DNA of 64,000 bases from Candidatus Nanopelagicaceae bacterium (lineage in GTDB: Bacteria > Actinomycetota > Actinomycetes > Nanopelagicales > Nanopelagicaceae): NCBI GenBank assembly GCA_036752125.1, contig DAIOTH010000001.1, forward strand, positions 8,642 to 72,641. Reading direction: 5' to 3'. The first letter of the stretch is position 1. Each line of letters starts with the position of its first letter. Positions 48,963 to 57,612 of the stretch are shown in pieces. The notes under the pieces were generated by a model. The model saw nothing but the letters and a program-made list of their open reading frames with translations. It searched no databases and had not been told where the DNA came from. Both the position numbers and the translations under genes were made by a program.

Positions 48963-49928
48963 ATGTCCAGCGCCAAAACCGAACGTTTGGTGAATTTAAC
49001 GATGGCGCTCTTGGCAACACAACGCTATATGCAAAAGAGTGAAATCTTCAGAAAAGTGGCTGGGTATAGCGGGAGTTCTGAAACGAAAGAGCGGATGTTT
49101 GAGCGCGATAAAGATGATTTGCGCAATTTGGGTATCGAAATAGAAGTTGCTTCCCATGATCCACTCTTTGAGGATGAACCTGGTTACCGTATTCGCCCTG
49201 ACTCTTATCGAATGCCGCTCAATACATTTTCAACGGAAGAAGTCTCGATTATTACAACCGCGCTGGGTTTATGGCTTGATAGCGGTTTTGAAAATGTAGC
49301 TAATACAGCGGCTCGAAGATTTCGTTCCCTAGGTGAGGCGGAATTGCCTTTCCCGGTTAGTCCTTTGAAGAGGTCCGAACTAACCGAAGAGGGTTTGTTG
49401 GAGGTTACGCGAGCCCTTGCTCAGAAGAGCCAAATCTCTTTTGATTATCGAAAGCCGAATACTGCTCTAGCGGAACAAAGAAATGTAAATCCGTTTGGTT
49501 TAAGTGCTTGGAAAGGTTCCTGGTATCTCGTTGGAGAAGATTTAGATCGAGATGATATTCGAGTTTTCAAACTAGATCGCATTACTTCGACGATTGAAGT
49601 TTCAAAGAAGAGTGGCGCCTATGAGATTCCATCTGATTTCAAAGTACGTGACTACCTAATTATGTATTCAGATTCTTCAATCGTGGTCTCAGCACTTATG
49701 CGAAAAGACAAGGCTCACTCTTTGCGCTCAAGAGTCTTCAAGGTTGAAGCCTTGACGGATCCAGAGTGGGCAGAGGATTGGGAGCAAGTTTCTTACGAAT
49801 GCGATGAGTTCAACGATGCGCTACAAGAAGCTCTCTGGTACTCGGATTCTCTGATCATCCAATCGCCATCTGAGTTGAGAGAGAAGATCATTGAATCCCT
49901 TGAAAGGGTGGCTAAGTCTCATGGTTGA
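48963..49928 (+). CDS. pafB: HTH + WYL domain transcriptional regulator PafB
   Basis: N-terminal wHTH (TERLVNLTMALLATQRYMQKSEIF). WYL motif in AWKGSWYLVGED. Paired with a paralogue upstream of tatA-tatC. Confidence 0.78.
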   Translation: MSSAKTERLVNLTMALLATQRYMQKSEIFRKVAGYSGSSETKERMFERDKDDLRNLGIEIEVASHDPLFEDEPGYRIRPDSYRMPLNTFSTEEVSIITTALGLWLDSGFENVANTAARRFRSLGEAELPFPVSPLKRSELTEEGLLEVTRALAQKSQISFDYRKPNTALAEQRNVNPFGLSAWKGSWYLVGEDLDRDDIRVFKLDRITSTIEVSKKSGAYEIPSDFKVRDYLIMYSDSSIVVSALMRKDKAHSLRSRVFKVEALTDPEWAEDWEQVSYECDEFNDALQEALWYSDSLIIQSPSELREKIIESLERVAKSHG

Positions 49929-50850
49929 AGGAGCAGCGGCGCGTGCGCTCAGACTTTTAGACCTAGTTCCTTATCTTGTATCGCATCCGGGCATTTCGGT
50001 AGCTCGCCTTGCAGAAGAATTTCAAGTTTCCAAAGAGGAGATTCTTAAGGATTTGAATTTACTTTTTATGTGCGGGCTGCCGGGCTACACCCCGTTAGAG
50101 CTCATAGATATCTCGTTCGATGATGATGTGGTTGTGGTTCGAGATCCCCAAAATTTGAGTACTCCAAGAAATTTAACTGAGTCGGAATCTCTTGCGCTCA
50201 GAATTTCTCTCGCAGCGCTACTGGAAATGACCCCCAAAAATAATCCTATTTTCCAGAAGATTCAGAAATTGATTGAGAGAATTTCATCCTCATTTAGCGC
50301 TGAAATTCCTACAGGCTCGATTGAATTTGTTCTTGATCGCGAGAAGCATATTCTCGAGACTATTGAACAAGCTATTCGTGAAGAAGTAGATGTAACAATC
50401 GAGTACATAAATAAAGCGAAGGATGAAAGAACGGAACGCGTTGTTTCTCCCAACTTCATTACGATTCATCCTGACCGATCTATCTTTACTGGTTACTGTC
50501 ACCTGGCAAAGGCAGAGCGAAGTTTTGTTATCTCACAAGTAATCTCTGCTTCACCTGTTACTAGAAGCCAAGCCACGAGTATTGAATCAACTTCTTTTGA
50601 TAAAACTTGGAAGGTCAAGCTTCTTTCAAAGTTAGCGAGTTCAGACTTCCTTCTTGCCAATAAGGATCAACTTCAGCGCGTTGAAGGCGATACCTACCAT
50701 CTTGAAGTATTTAACAAGGAATGGATTCTCCGTTCAGTGCTCAGCGAACCGGAGACTCTTGAATTACGAGAGCCGCTCGACATTCGACAAGCAGTAAAGG
50801 AAAGGGCCCTCTACGCACTCGGCCTGTATGGCGAAGTAGGTTCTAAGTAA
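49921..50850 (+). CDS. pafC: HTH + WYL-like domain transcriptional regulator PafC
   Basis: RALRLLDLVPYLVSHPGISVARLAEEF wHTH. Degenerate WYL (IFTGYCH). ATG at 49921 overlaps the pafB stop by 8 nt. Confidence 0.75.
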   Translation: MVEGAAARALRLLDLVPYLVSHPGISVARLAEEFQVSKEEILKDLNLLFMCGLPGYTPLELIDISFDDDVVVVRDPQNLSTPRNLTESESLALRISLAALLEMTPKNNPIFQKIQKLIERISSSFSAEIPTGSIEFVLDREKHILETIEQAIREEVDVTIEYINKAKDERTERVVSPNFITIHPDRSIFTGYCHLAKAERSFVISQVISASPVTRSQATSIESTSFDKTWKVKLLSKLASSDFLLANKDQLQRVEGDTYHLEVFNKEWILRSVLSEPETLELREPLDIRQAVKERALYALGLYGEVGSK

Positions 50851-50894
50851 GAACTCTCAGCAATATCGCCTCTAACTTCTCTGGGGGCGCGTGG

Positions 50895-50900
50895 TAGGTT
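50895..50900 (+). promoter_or_regulatory. candidate extended -10 promoter for tatA (SD-led mRNA)
   Basis: TGgTAGGTT extended -10. SD AAAGGCGGAG precedes the ATG at 50936. Confidence 0.3.
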
Positions 50901-50935
50901 AGCGCTCTCGTTAGGTAGCTCTGAAAGGCGGAGAT

Positions 50936-51124
50936 ATGTTCGGTTTACGCGAACCTTCACACTGGCTCTTACTCATCCTCGTTGTCGTCATACTTTTTGG
51001 AGCGAAGCGCCTTCCTGATTCAGCTCGATCATTGGGCCGCTCACTTCGAATCTTCAAGAGTGAAGTAAAAGAACTCAATAAGGAAGAGAAGAAGAACCAA
51101 GACGGAGACCAACCTTCACAATAG
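50936..51124 (+). CDS. tatA: twin-arginine translocase subunit TatA
   Basis: 62 aa. [21 protein letters not shown] and hinge motif. Confidence 0.92.
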   Translation: MFGLREPSHWLLLILVVVILFGAKRLPDSARSLGRSLRIFKSEVKELNKEEKKNQDGDQPSQ

Positions 51125-51136
51125 TTCTACCTATTT

Positions 51137-51152
51137 CGCGCTCATGAGCGCG
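51137..51152. promoter_or_regulatory. perfect 16-bp palindrome between tatA and tatC
   Basis: CGCGCTCATGAGCGCG. No flanking T-run, so it is not a canonical terminator. Could be an RNA stem or a protein-binding site. Confidence 0.3.
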
Positions 51153-51190
51153 CACAACGAGAGTGTTGAGCAATAAGTAGGTGGGGAGAT

Positions 51191-52024
51191 ATGGCATCCA
51201 GAGATCGCAGCACAATGCCGCTGCTGGAGCATTTGCGGGAGCTACGGAAGAGAGTTATCCGTTCTGCGCTATTTATTGTTATCTTTTCAGTTGTTGGTTG
51301 GATTCAGTACAACAACATCATCACAACCCTTTCAAGTCCAGTCTGTGACCTCAGAGCTGCCCAAGAGAGTGGAAGTGAAAGCTGTGGAGCTCTGTACATC
51401 AGCGGTGTTCTTGGTCCACTCAATCTACAACTCAAGGTTTCATTCCTAACTGGAATCATTCTCTCGGCGCCATTCTGGCTTTATCAAATTTGGGCATTTA
51501 TAGCGCCTGCGCTACATCGAAAAGAGAAGCGAAATTCGATTCTATTTATCATCGCAGCCACACCGTTCTTCGCAATTGGCGCAACCTTAGCTTTCATCGT
51601 ATTGCCTCTAGCGATCGAAGTCTTGTTTGGTTTCACGCCAGAATCGTTAAATAACCTCATCCGTTTCGACGACTATCTTGACTTTGTATTACGGCTCATT
51701 CTGATTTTTGGCATCGCTTTTGAATTGCCGGTCTTTCTAGTTTCACTCAATTTGATTGGAGTGCTTTCGGGAAAGTCCATATTGCGCCCGTGGCGCTTCG
51801 CAATTTTTGCGATAACATTTTTTGTTGCAGCGTTTTCACCCACAGCAGATCCTTTGTCAATGGCGGCGTTGGCGGTTCCCTTGGTGATCTTCTACTTTGG
51901 TGCAGGTGGAATTGCTTTGCTGGTTGATAAGCGCCGAGATCGTAAATCTCGATTGGTAGGCGATGATGAAGCGGCCTCCATTGATGACGTTGCTCCAATT
52001 GATGAACCAACACCCGAGGCATAA
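51191..52024 (+). CDS. tatC: twin-arginine translocase subunit TatC
   Basis: MPLLEHLRELRKRV N-terminus, 6 TM profile, SD GGTGGGGAG. Confidence 0.93.
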   Translation: MASRDRSTMPLLEHLRELRKRVIRSALFIVIFSVVGWIQYNNIITTLSSPVCDLRAAQESGSESCGALYISGVLGPLNLQLKVSFLTGIILSAPFWLYQIWAFIAPALHRKEKRNSILFIIAATPFFAIGATLAFIVLPLAIEVLFGFTPESLNNLIRFDDYLDFVLRLILIFGIAFELPVFLVSLNLIGVLSGKSILRPWRFAIFAITFFVAAFSPTADPLSMAALAVPLVIFYFGAGGIALLVDKRRDRKSRLVGDDEAASIDDVAPIDEPTPEA

Positions 52025-52044
52025 AGGGTTTAGGCTACAAAGCT

Positions 52045-52917
52045 ATGTGGCTTCTTTTAAGCAATCCGACATCCGGCGGAGGTAAAGGGGCCAAGTACCT
52101 TAAAGTTATCGTCAATTATCTCGACGATAAAAAGATTGAATATATCGATATCTCAGCTTCTAGCTACAGTGAGGCGCTGCAAAATCTCAAACGTTCCCTC
52201 AACGCAAATGGAAAAGATATATCTGGCTTACTCGTCATCGGTGGCGATGGGATGGTTCATTTGGCTGTGCAAGAGTTGGTAAACACTGAGATTCCACTTG
52301 CTCTCATCCCAGCTGGAACGGGGAATGATTTCGCCCGTTCGCTTGAATTGCCCCTCGATTCACCGCTATTGCTCCTTGAAAGATATCTGAAGCAAGCCCC
52401 GACAAAAGTGGATCTCGGTAGAGTTAATGGAGAGATTTTTGCGGACATCTTAAGCACTGGTTTTGATTCAGTTGTAAATGAGAGAGCTAATCGAATGAAG
52501 ATCATAAAAGGTCGTCTCAAATACAACATTGCAATTGTTCGTGAACTCTCAACTTTCAAACCTAAGGATTATGAATTTCGAGTTGATGGAGTCACTTTCT
52601 CTACTAAAGCAATGCTCATTGCGGTCTCAAACGGTGTGAGTTATGGGGGAGGAATGAAGGTAACTCCTCATGCGCTGCTCGATGACGGGTTATTTGATGT
52701 AATGGTTTTGGGGCCAGTTTCCAAATTGGAGTTCCTTAAAGTTTTTCCTAAAGTATTCTCGGGCGGTCACATCAATCACCCCGCTGTGAAAATCATCCGC
52801 GGTAAGGAAGTCGAAATTCATTCAGATGCTGTGGCTTACGCAGACGGAGAGCGAATAGGTGATCTCCCAATACGAGCAGAGGTTATTCCTCACGCTCTTT
52901 TAACGTGGCGCTCATGA
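52045..52917 (+). CDS. diacylglycerol/lipid kinase family protein (YegS/BmrU-like)
   Basis: LVIGGDGMVH and PAGTGNDFAR motifs. Confidence 0.82.
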   Translation: MWLLLSNPTSGGGKGAKYLKVIVNYLDDKKIEYIDISASSYSEALQNLKRSLNANGKDISGLLVIGGDGMVHLAVQELVNTEIPLALIPAGTGNDFARSLELPLDSPLLLLERYLKQAPTKVDLGRVNGEIFADILSTGFDSVVNERANRMKIIKGRLKYNIAIVRELSTFKPKDYEFRVDGVTFSTKAMLIAVSNGVSYGGGMKVTPHALLDDGLFDVMVLGPVSKLEFLKVFPKVFSGGHINHPAVKIIRGKEVEIHSDAVAYADGERIGDLPIRAEVIPHALLTWRS

Positions 52918-55298
52918 GTACTTTAAGTCCAGCTGAGCGTTATGCGGCTGCAAAGAATCGTCAGAAACATCCCCTGACATCGGAGTTCATGTTGAATTAC
53001 TCCTTTCCTTTTGACGATTTTCAACAGATTGGCTGTCAGCATCTCGAAGATGGAAAGAGCGTTCTCGTAGCTGCTCCTACCGGCGCGGGAAAAACTATCG
53101 TTGGCGAATTCGCTACCTTTCTCGCCGAAAAGCATGGAAATCGATGTTTCTATACGACACCCATTAAAGCGTTATCAAACCAGAAATATCAGGAGTTAGT
53201 TAAGACCTACGGCGAGAGTGAAGTTGGCCTACTCACTGGGGATTCATCTATCAATCCCGAAGCTCGAATAGTCGTTATGACAACTGAGGTTCTACGAAAC
53301 ATGATCTACGCCGATTCTGATGCTATTTCAGAGCTTGGCTATGTCGTTATGGATGAGGTTCATTATCTTGCTGACAAATTTCGAGGTGCTGTCTGGGAGG
53401 AGATTCTCATTCATCTTCCAGAACGAATTCAGATCGTTTCACTTTCAGCAACCGTTTCAAACGCAGAAGAATTTGGAGAATGGCTTAAAACGGTGAGAGG
53501 TGAGACAGAGGTAGTACTGAGTGAGATTCGTCCGGTTCCGCTTTATCAGCACATTTTGATAGGAAACAGGATCTTAGATCTCTTTGTGGATGAGGGGCGA
53601 GTTAATCCAGAAATTGTCCGCCTTGAACGAAACTCCATTCGTCGCGTTCCTGGCTCGGGAAGCAAGAGTTGGAAGGAAAGTAAATTTTCCACCATCAAGT
53701 CGCTCACTAGGCCGGAAGTGATTGAGAAGTTGCAACATAGGAATTTCTTGCCAGTTATTTACTTCATCTTCTCGCGGGCAGGATGCGACGCAGCTGTTGC
53801 TTCGTGTATTCGAGAGGGTCTTTCACTCACTAATCATGAAGAAAAGGAAGAGATACGTCGCATCATTGGTATCCGAACTCATGAACTACCGCATGAAGAT
53901 TTCGGCATTCTCGGTTTTCATGAATGGAGCCAGGCTTTGGAACGAGGAATCGCAGCCCATCACGCAGGTTTGTTGCCGATGTTCAAAGAAACTATTGAGG
54001 AGTTGTTCCAGCGAGGGTTACTCAAAGTTGTTTTTGCAACTGAGACTCTAGCGCTTGGAATTAACATGCCGGCCCGATCTGTAGTTTTGGACAAACTTGT
54101 GAAGTGGAACGGTGAAACTCATGCAACTATTTCACCGGGGGAGTACACGCAGCTCACAGGGAGAGCTGGGCGTCGAGGTATTGATGTCGAGGGAAATGCT
54201 CTCATCATGTGGAGCGAAGAGATAGATAGCGGTAGCGCTGCGGGATTAGCAAGCACGAGAACCTATCCGCTCCGATCATCATTTTCACCAACATATAACA
54301 TGACCGCAAATTTGATTTCGCGATTTGGTCGCGAGCGAGCAAGAAAATCTTTGGGATCGTCTTTCGCTCAATTTCAGGCGGATAAAGCTGTAGTGGGCTT
54401 AGCTCGTCAGATTTCGAAGAATGAACAGGTTGTTAAATCACTTAAAGGCGAAGCAGAATGCCATCTCGGGGATATCTCTGAATATATGCAGCGCCGTGGC
54501 GCCATCAAAGAATTGGAAAATCAATTCTCTCAGCGTCGAATTGTTTCAGGAAGCAGGAGAAAGGCGCATGCGGCTATTGAAGAAGAAATCGCTGAACATC
54601 GACGTTTCCTGAAGCACCATCCTTGTCACCCTTGTCCCGATCGCGAATCGCATGCTCGACAATACGAAAAAGCGGCACGATTAGAGCGAGAGTCTGCAGG
54701 ATTAACTAATCGTATGGAAAGTAGAACTAACGTCATTCCAAGAACTTTTGATCGAGTTGGAAATGTTTTGACAGATTTAGATTATTTACTCGGGGATTCA
54801 TTGACCCCCAAAGGAGAAATTCTCACTCGGATCTATGCCGAAACAGACCTTTTGATGGCTGAAATCTTGAACTCCGAAATTCTAGACGAAATTTCTGCGC
54901 CCGATTTAGTTGGATTGTTGTCTGCTCTGGTTTATGAAGGGAGAGGGGAGCGCAGCAGAACTCCTCGGTTGCCAAAGACGCTAGAAAATCTCGTACCGCC
55001 CGTCGTAAAAATGTGGGCCGAGATCGTGAACTTGGAAGAATCTCATGGCATTGCGCCACAGCGTGAGCCCAATTTTGATCTTTCATGGAGTGCGTACCGT
55101 TGGGCTAATGGTCATAGTTTGCAGACTATTCTCCGAGAAACAGAGATCACTGTTGGAGATTTCGTAAGAGCAATTCGGCAAATCATTGATTTGCTTGGTC
55201 AACTTCTTAATGCAAAGCCTGAAATGCATAACTTAGTACGCGACGCCATGAAACGAATAGATAGAGGCGTAATCGCCTATTCTGCGGTGATCGCATGA
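52914..55298 (+). CDS. helY: Ski2-like DEVH-box RNA helicase HelY
   Basis: AAPTGAGKT, MDEVHYL, SAT and TETLALGINMPA motifs. ATGA overlap at 52914. Follows tatC as in mycobacteria. Confidence 0.88.
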   Translation: MSTLSPAERYAAAKNRQKHPLTSEFMLNYSFPFDDFQQIGCQHLEDGKSVLVAAPTGAGKTIVGEFATFLAEKHGNRCFYTTPIKALSNQKYQELVKTYGESEVGLLTGDSSINPEARIVVMTTEVLRNMIYADSDAISELGYVVMDEVHYLADKFRGAVWEEILIHLPERIQIVSLSATVSNAEEFGEWLKTVRGETEVVLSEIRPVPLYQHILIGNRILDLFVDEGRVNPEIVRLERNSIRRVPGSGSKSWKESKFSTIKSLTRPEVIEKLQHRNFLPVIYFIFSRAGCDAAVASCIREGLSLTNHEEKEEIRRIIGIRTHELPHEDFGILGFHEWSQALERGIAAHHAGLLPMFKETIEELFQRGLLKVVFATETLALGINMPARSVVLDKLVKWNGETHATISPGEYTQLTGRAGRRGIDVEGNALIMWSEEIDSGSAAGLASTRTYPLRSSFSPTYNMTANLISRFGRERARKSLGSSFAQFQADKAVVGLARQISKNEQVVKSLKGEAECHLGDISEYMQRRGAIKELENQFSQRRIVSGSRRKAHAAIEEEIAEHRRFLKHHPCHPCPDRESHARQYEKAARLERESAGLTNRMESRTNVIPRTFDRVGNVLTDLDYLLGDSLTPKGEILTRIYAETDLLMAEILNSEILDEISAPDLVGLLSALVYEGRGERSRTPRLPKTLENLVPPVVKMWAEIVNLEESHGIAPQREPNFDLSWSAYRWANGHSLQTILRETEITVGDFVRAIRQIIDLLGQLLNAKPEMHNLVRDAMKRIDRGVIAYSAVIA

Positions 55299-56197
55299 CC
55301 CTTTTATTGGTCGATAGCGCCTCTCTTTGGTATCGCGCTTATTATGGAATGCCCGATACGCTCCTTTCTCCCCAAGGTGAACCGATTAACGCAGTCAAAG
55401 GCTTCATAGATATGACTGCACGTTTAATTTCCCACTATCAACCGAATCGATTAGCGCTATGTCTCGATGGTGATTGGCGTCCCAGTTGGCGCGTTGAACT
55501 TTTTCCTGAATATAAAGCAAATCGCGTGGACGAAGATGGTGAAGAAGAAGCCGAACCGGATTTGTTGACCCCTCAGATACCCATCATTATGGACTTCTTT
55601 GAGGCGGCAGGAATTCCTCTGGTGGGCGTTGATGATTATGAAGCTGATGATGTCATTGCCACTTTATCTCATCAAGAAAAAGGTCCTACTCGCATTGTCA
55701 CAGGTGATCGTGATTTATTCCAGCTCGTCGATGATGAACGCGATGTAGCGGTGGCATATCTTGCAAAAGGAATTAGTAATCATGATCTAGTTGATATTTC
55801 TTGGATCTCTGAGAAATATGGCATACCGGGGGAGAGGTATGCGCTTTACGCCATGATTCGCGGTGATGCTTCTGATGGACTCCCAGGAATCAGAGGTATC
55901 GGTGAAAAAGGTGCAGCGGTAATCGCACAGAAATTCCAATCTATGAGCGACGTTATTGACGCTGCGTTGTCAGAACATCACGAGCTTGCGTCAACGCATC
56001 GCAAGAAAATTCTCGAAGATCTTAGCTACGCGAGGATTGCCGAGAAATTGGTCACATGTGCCTTAGACGTGAGACTGCCAAAGATAGATCTAAAAATTCC
56101 TAAGTCCCCGCAAAACCGTGCATACATAGACTCTATGAAGAAAGATTATGGTCTCGGAGCAAGCGTTGATCGTTTGCTAGCAGCACTGCAATGGTGA
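55295..56197 (+). CDS. 5'-3' exonuclease (FEN / Pol I N-terminal-like)
   Basis: LLVDSASLWYRAYY, EADDVIATL, TGDRDLFQL and H3TH GIRGIGEKGA motifs. Confidence 0.85.
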   Translation: MTLLLVDSASLWYRAYYGMPDTLLSPQGEPINAVKGFIDMTARLISHYQPNRLALCLDGDWRPSWRVELFPEYKANRVDEDGEEEAEPDLLTPQIPIIMDFFEAAGIPLVGVDDYEADDVIATLSHQEKGPTRIVTGDRDLFQLVDDERDVAVAYLAKGISNHDLVDISWISEKYGIPGERYALYAMIRGDASDGLPGIRGIGEKGAAVIAQKFQSMSDVIDAALSEHHELASTHRKKILEDLSYARIAEKLVTCALDVRLPKIDLKIPKSPQNRAYIDSMKKDYGLGASVDRLLAALQW

Positions 56198-57591
56198 ATC
56201 TTCTTTTGGCTGCCCTCTCGGGCCTTTTTTTCTGGTGTGGATTTGCACCTCTAGAGATTTGGATCGGGCCATACCTGGGCGCTGCGTTGCTTTTTTATTT
56301 GCTAAGGGATAAAAAGTTACCTCAAAGGTTACTTTTCTCTTTTGTCGGTGGCTTGAGCTTCTTCCTTGCTTTATTGCATTGGAGTTCTGTTTATGTCGGT
56401 GCGATTCCTTGGATAGTACTTGCAATAGGCCAGGCTCTTATCTTTGCTCTCATTGGTTTGCCCCGTTGGACGCCACGGTGGGAGAGCGCGCTCTCTTTCG
56501 CAGCACTTTTCACGGTGTTGGAGTTGGTGCGAATGAAAGCACCGTTTGGCGGCTTTGGTTGGGGCAGGCTCGGATTCACACAAATAGATTCGTTAAATTT
56601 CCTCTACCCATATTTGGGCGTCGCTGGAGTTTCATTACTTGTGGCATCGTCATCCTTTGCCATCACCGCTTTGAAGAAGTTCTATCTTTTTGTAGTTGTT
56701 TTCCTTTTTTGCCTCTCTTATTTTCTTAATTATTCTTTCGAAAGAGAAGTCGGTACAACTTTACAAGTGACAGCGATACAAGGTGGGGTTGATAACTTAG
56801 GTTTAGATTTCAATAACCGCGCTATGCGAGTTCTGCAACGGCACATAGATCAAACCGACAAAGTAGCGAATACAGATTTGTACATTTGGCCAGAGAATGC
56901 CTCTGATGTAGATCCCATAAAAAACTTAGAGGCTCAGTCACTCATTCTTGGTGTAATCAACGAGATTAAATCTCCACTATTAATTGGCGCGGTAGAGAAA
57001 ACTGCGGAAGGCCCAACTAATTCAAGTATTCTTTTTAAAGATTCGGGGGAGATTGATAGCCGTTATCTCAAACAGGATTTGGCCCCTTTCGGGGAATATA
57101 TGCCTTTGAGAGAATTAGCCGAAGCAATCTCTCCTTACGCAAAACGAGTCAACGATTTCGTGCCTGGGAATTCATGGGTAAAACATGAGATCAAAGGCCT
57201 GCCTTTTCAATCTCTCATTTGTTTTGAAATCTTGGATGATGACCATGCCAAAGCTGGGGCAACGGGTAGCTCTTTTGTTGTTGCACAGACAAATAATGCG
57301 ACATTTGGAGAAAGTTCAGAGGCGGCGCAACAACTGCAAATCACGAGATCTCGAGCAGCAGAATCAGGTCGGGACTTTGCCGTGGTGAGCACGACTGGTT
57401 TCACTGCTCACATAGATTCTCGAGGAACCATCGCATCGATAGCTCCGCAATTCAAATCAACGGCGCTCACTATGAAGATAAGCGCTGCGGATCCTGATAA
57501 GAAGACGCTGGCTCAGAGGACCGAGAGTTGGCATTGGATAGTCTTTTTGGGGTTCATTATCGGCCTCGCACGCGTGAGATTAAGCCGATAA
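56191..57591 (+). CDS. lnt: apolipoprotein N-acyltransferase
   Basis: Polytopic N-terminal half plus a CN-hydrolase domain with candidate E (IWPENA), K (YLKQDLAPFGEY) and C (SLICFE) triad. No fused Ppm1-type domain. Confidence 0.82.
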   Translation: MVNLLLAALSGLFFWCGFAPLEIWIGPYLGAALLFYLLRDKKLPQRLLFSFVGGLSFFLALLHWSSVYVGAIPWIVLAIGQALIFALIGLPRWTPRWESALSFAALFTVLELVRMKAPFGGFGWGRLGFTQIDSLNFLYPYLGVAGVSLLVASSSFAITALKKFYLFVVVFLFCLSYFLNYSFEREVGTTLQVTAIQGGVDNLGLDFNNRAMRVLQRHIDQTDKVANTDLYIWPENASDVDPIKNLEAQSLILGVINEIKSPLLIGAVEKTAEGPTNSSILFKDSGEIDSRYLKQDLAPFGEYMPLRELAEAISPYAKRVNDFVPGNSWVKHEIKGLPFQSLICFEILDDDHAKAGATGSSFVVAQTNNATFGESSEAAQQLQITRSRAAESGRDFAVVSTTGFTAHIDSRGTIASIAPQFKSTALTMKISAADPDKKTLAQRTESWHWIVFLGFIIGLARVRLSR

Positions 57592-57612
57592 TCTACATTA
57601 TGTAAAGTAAAA

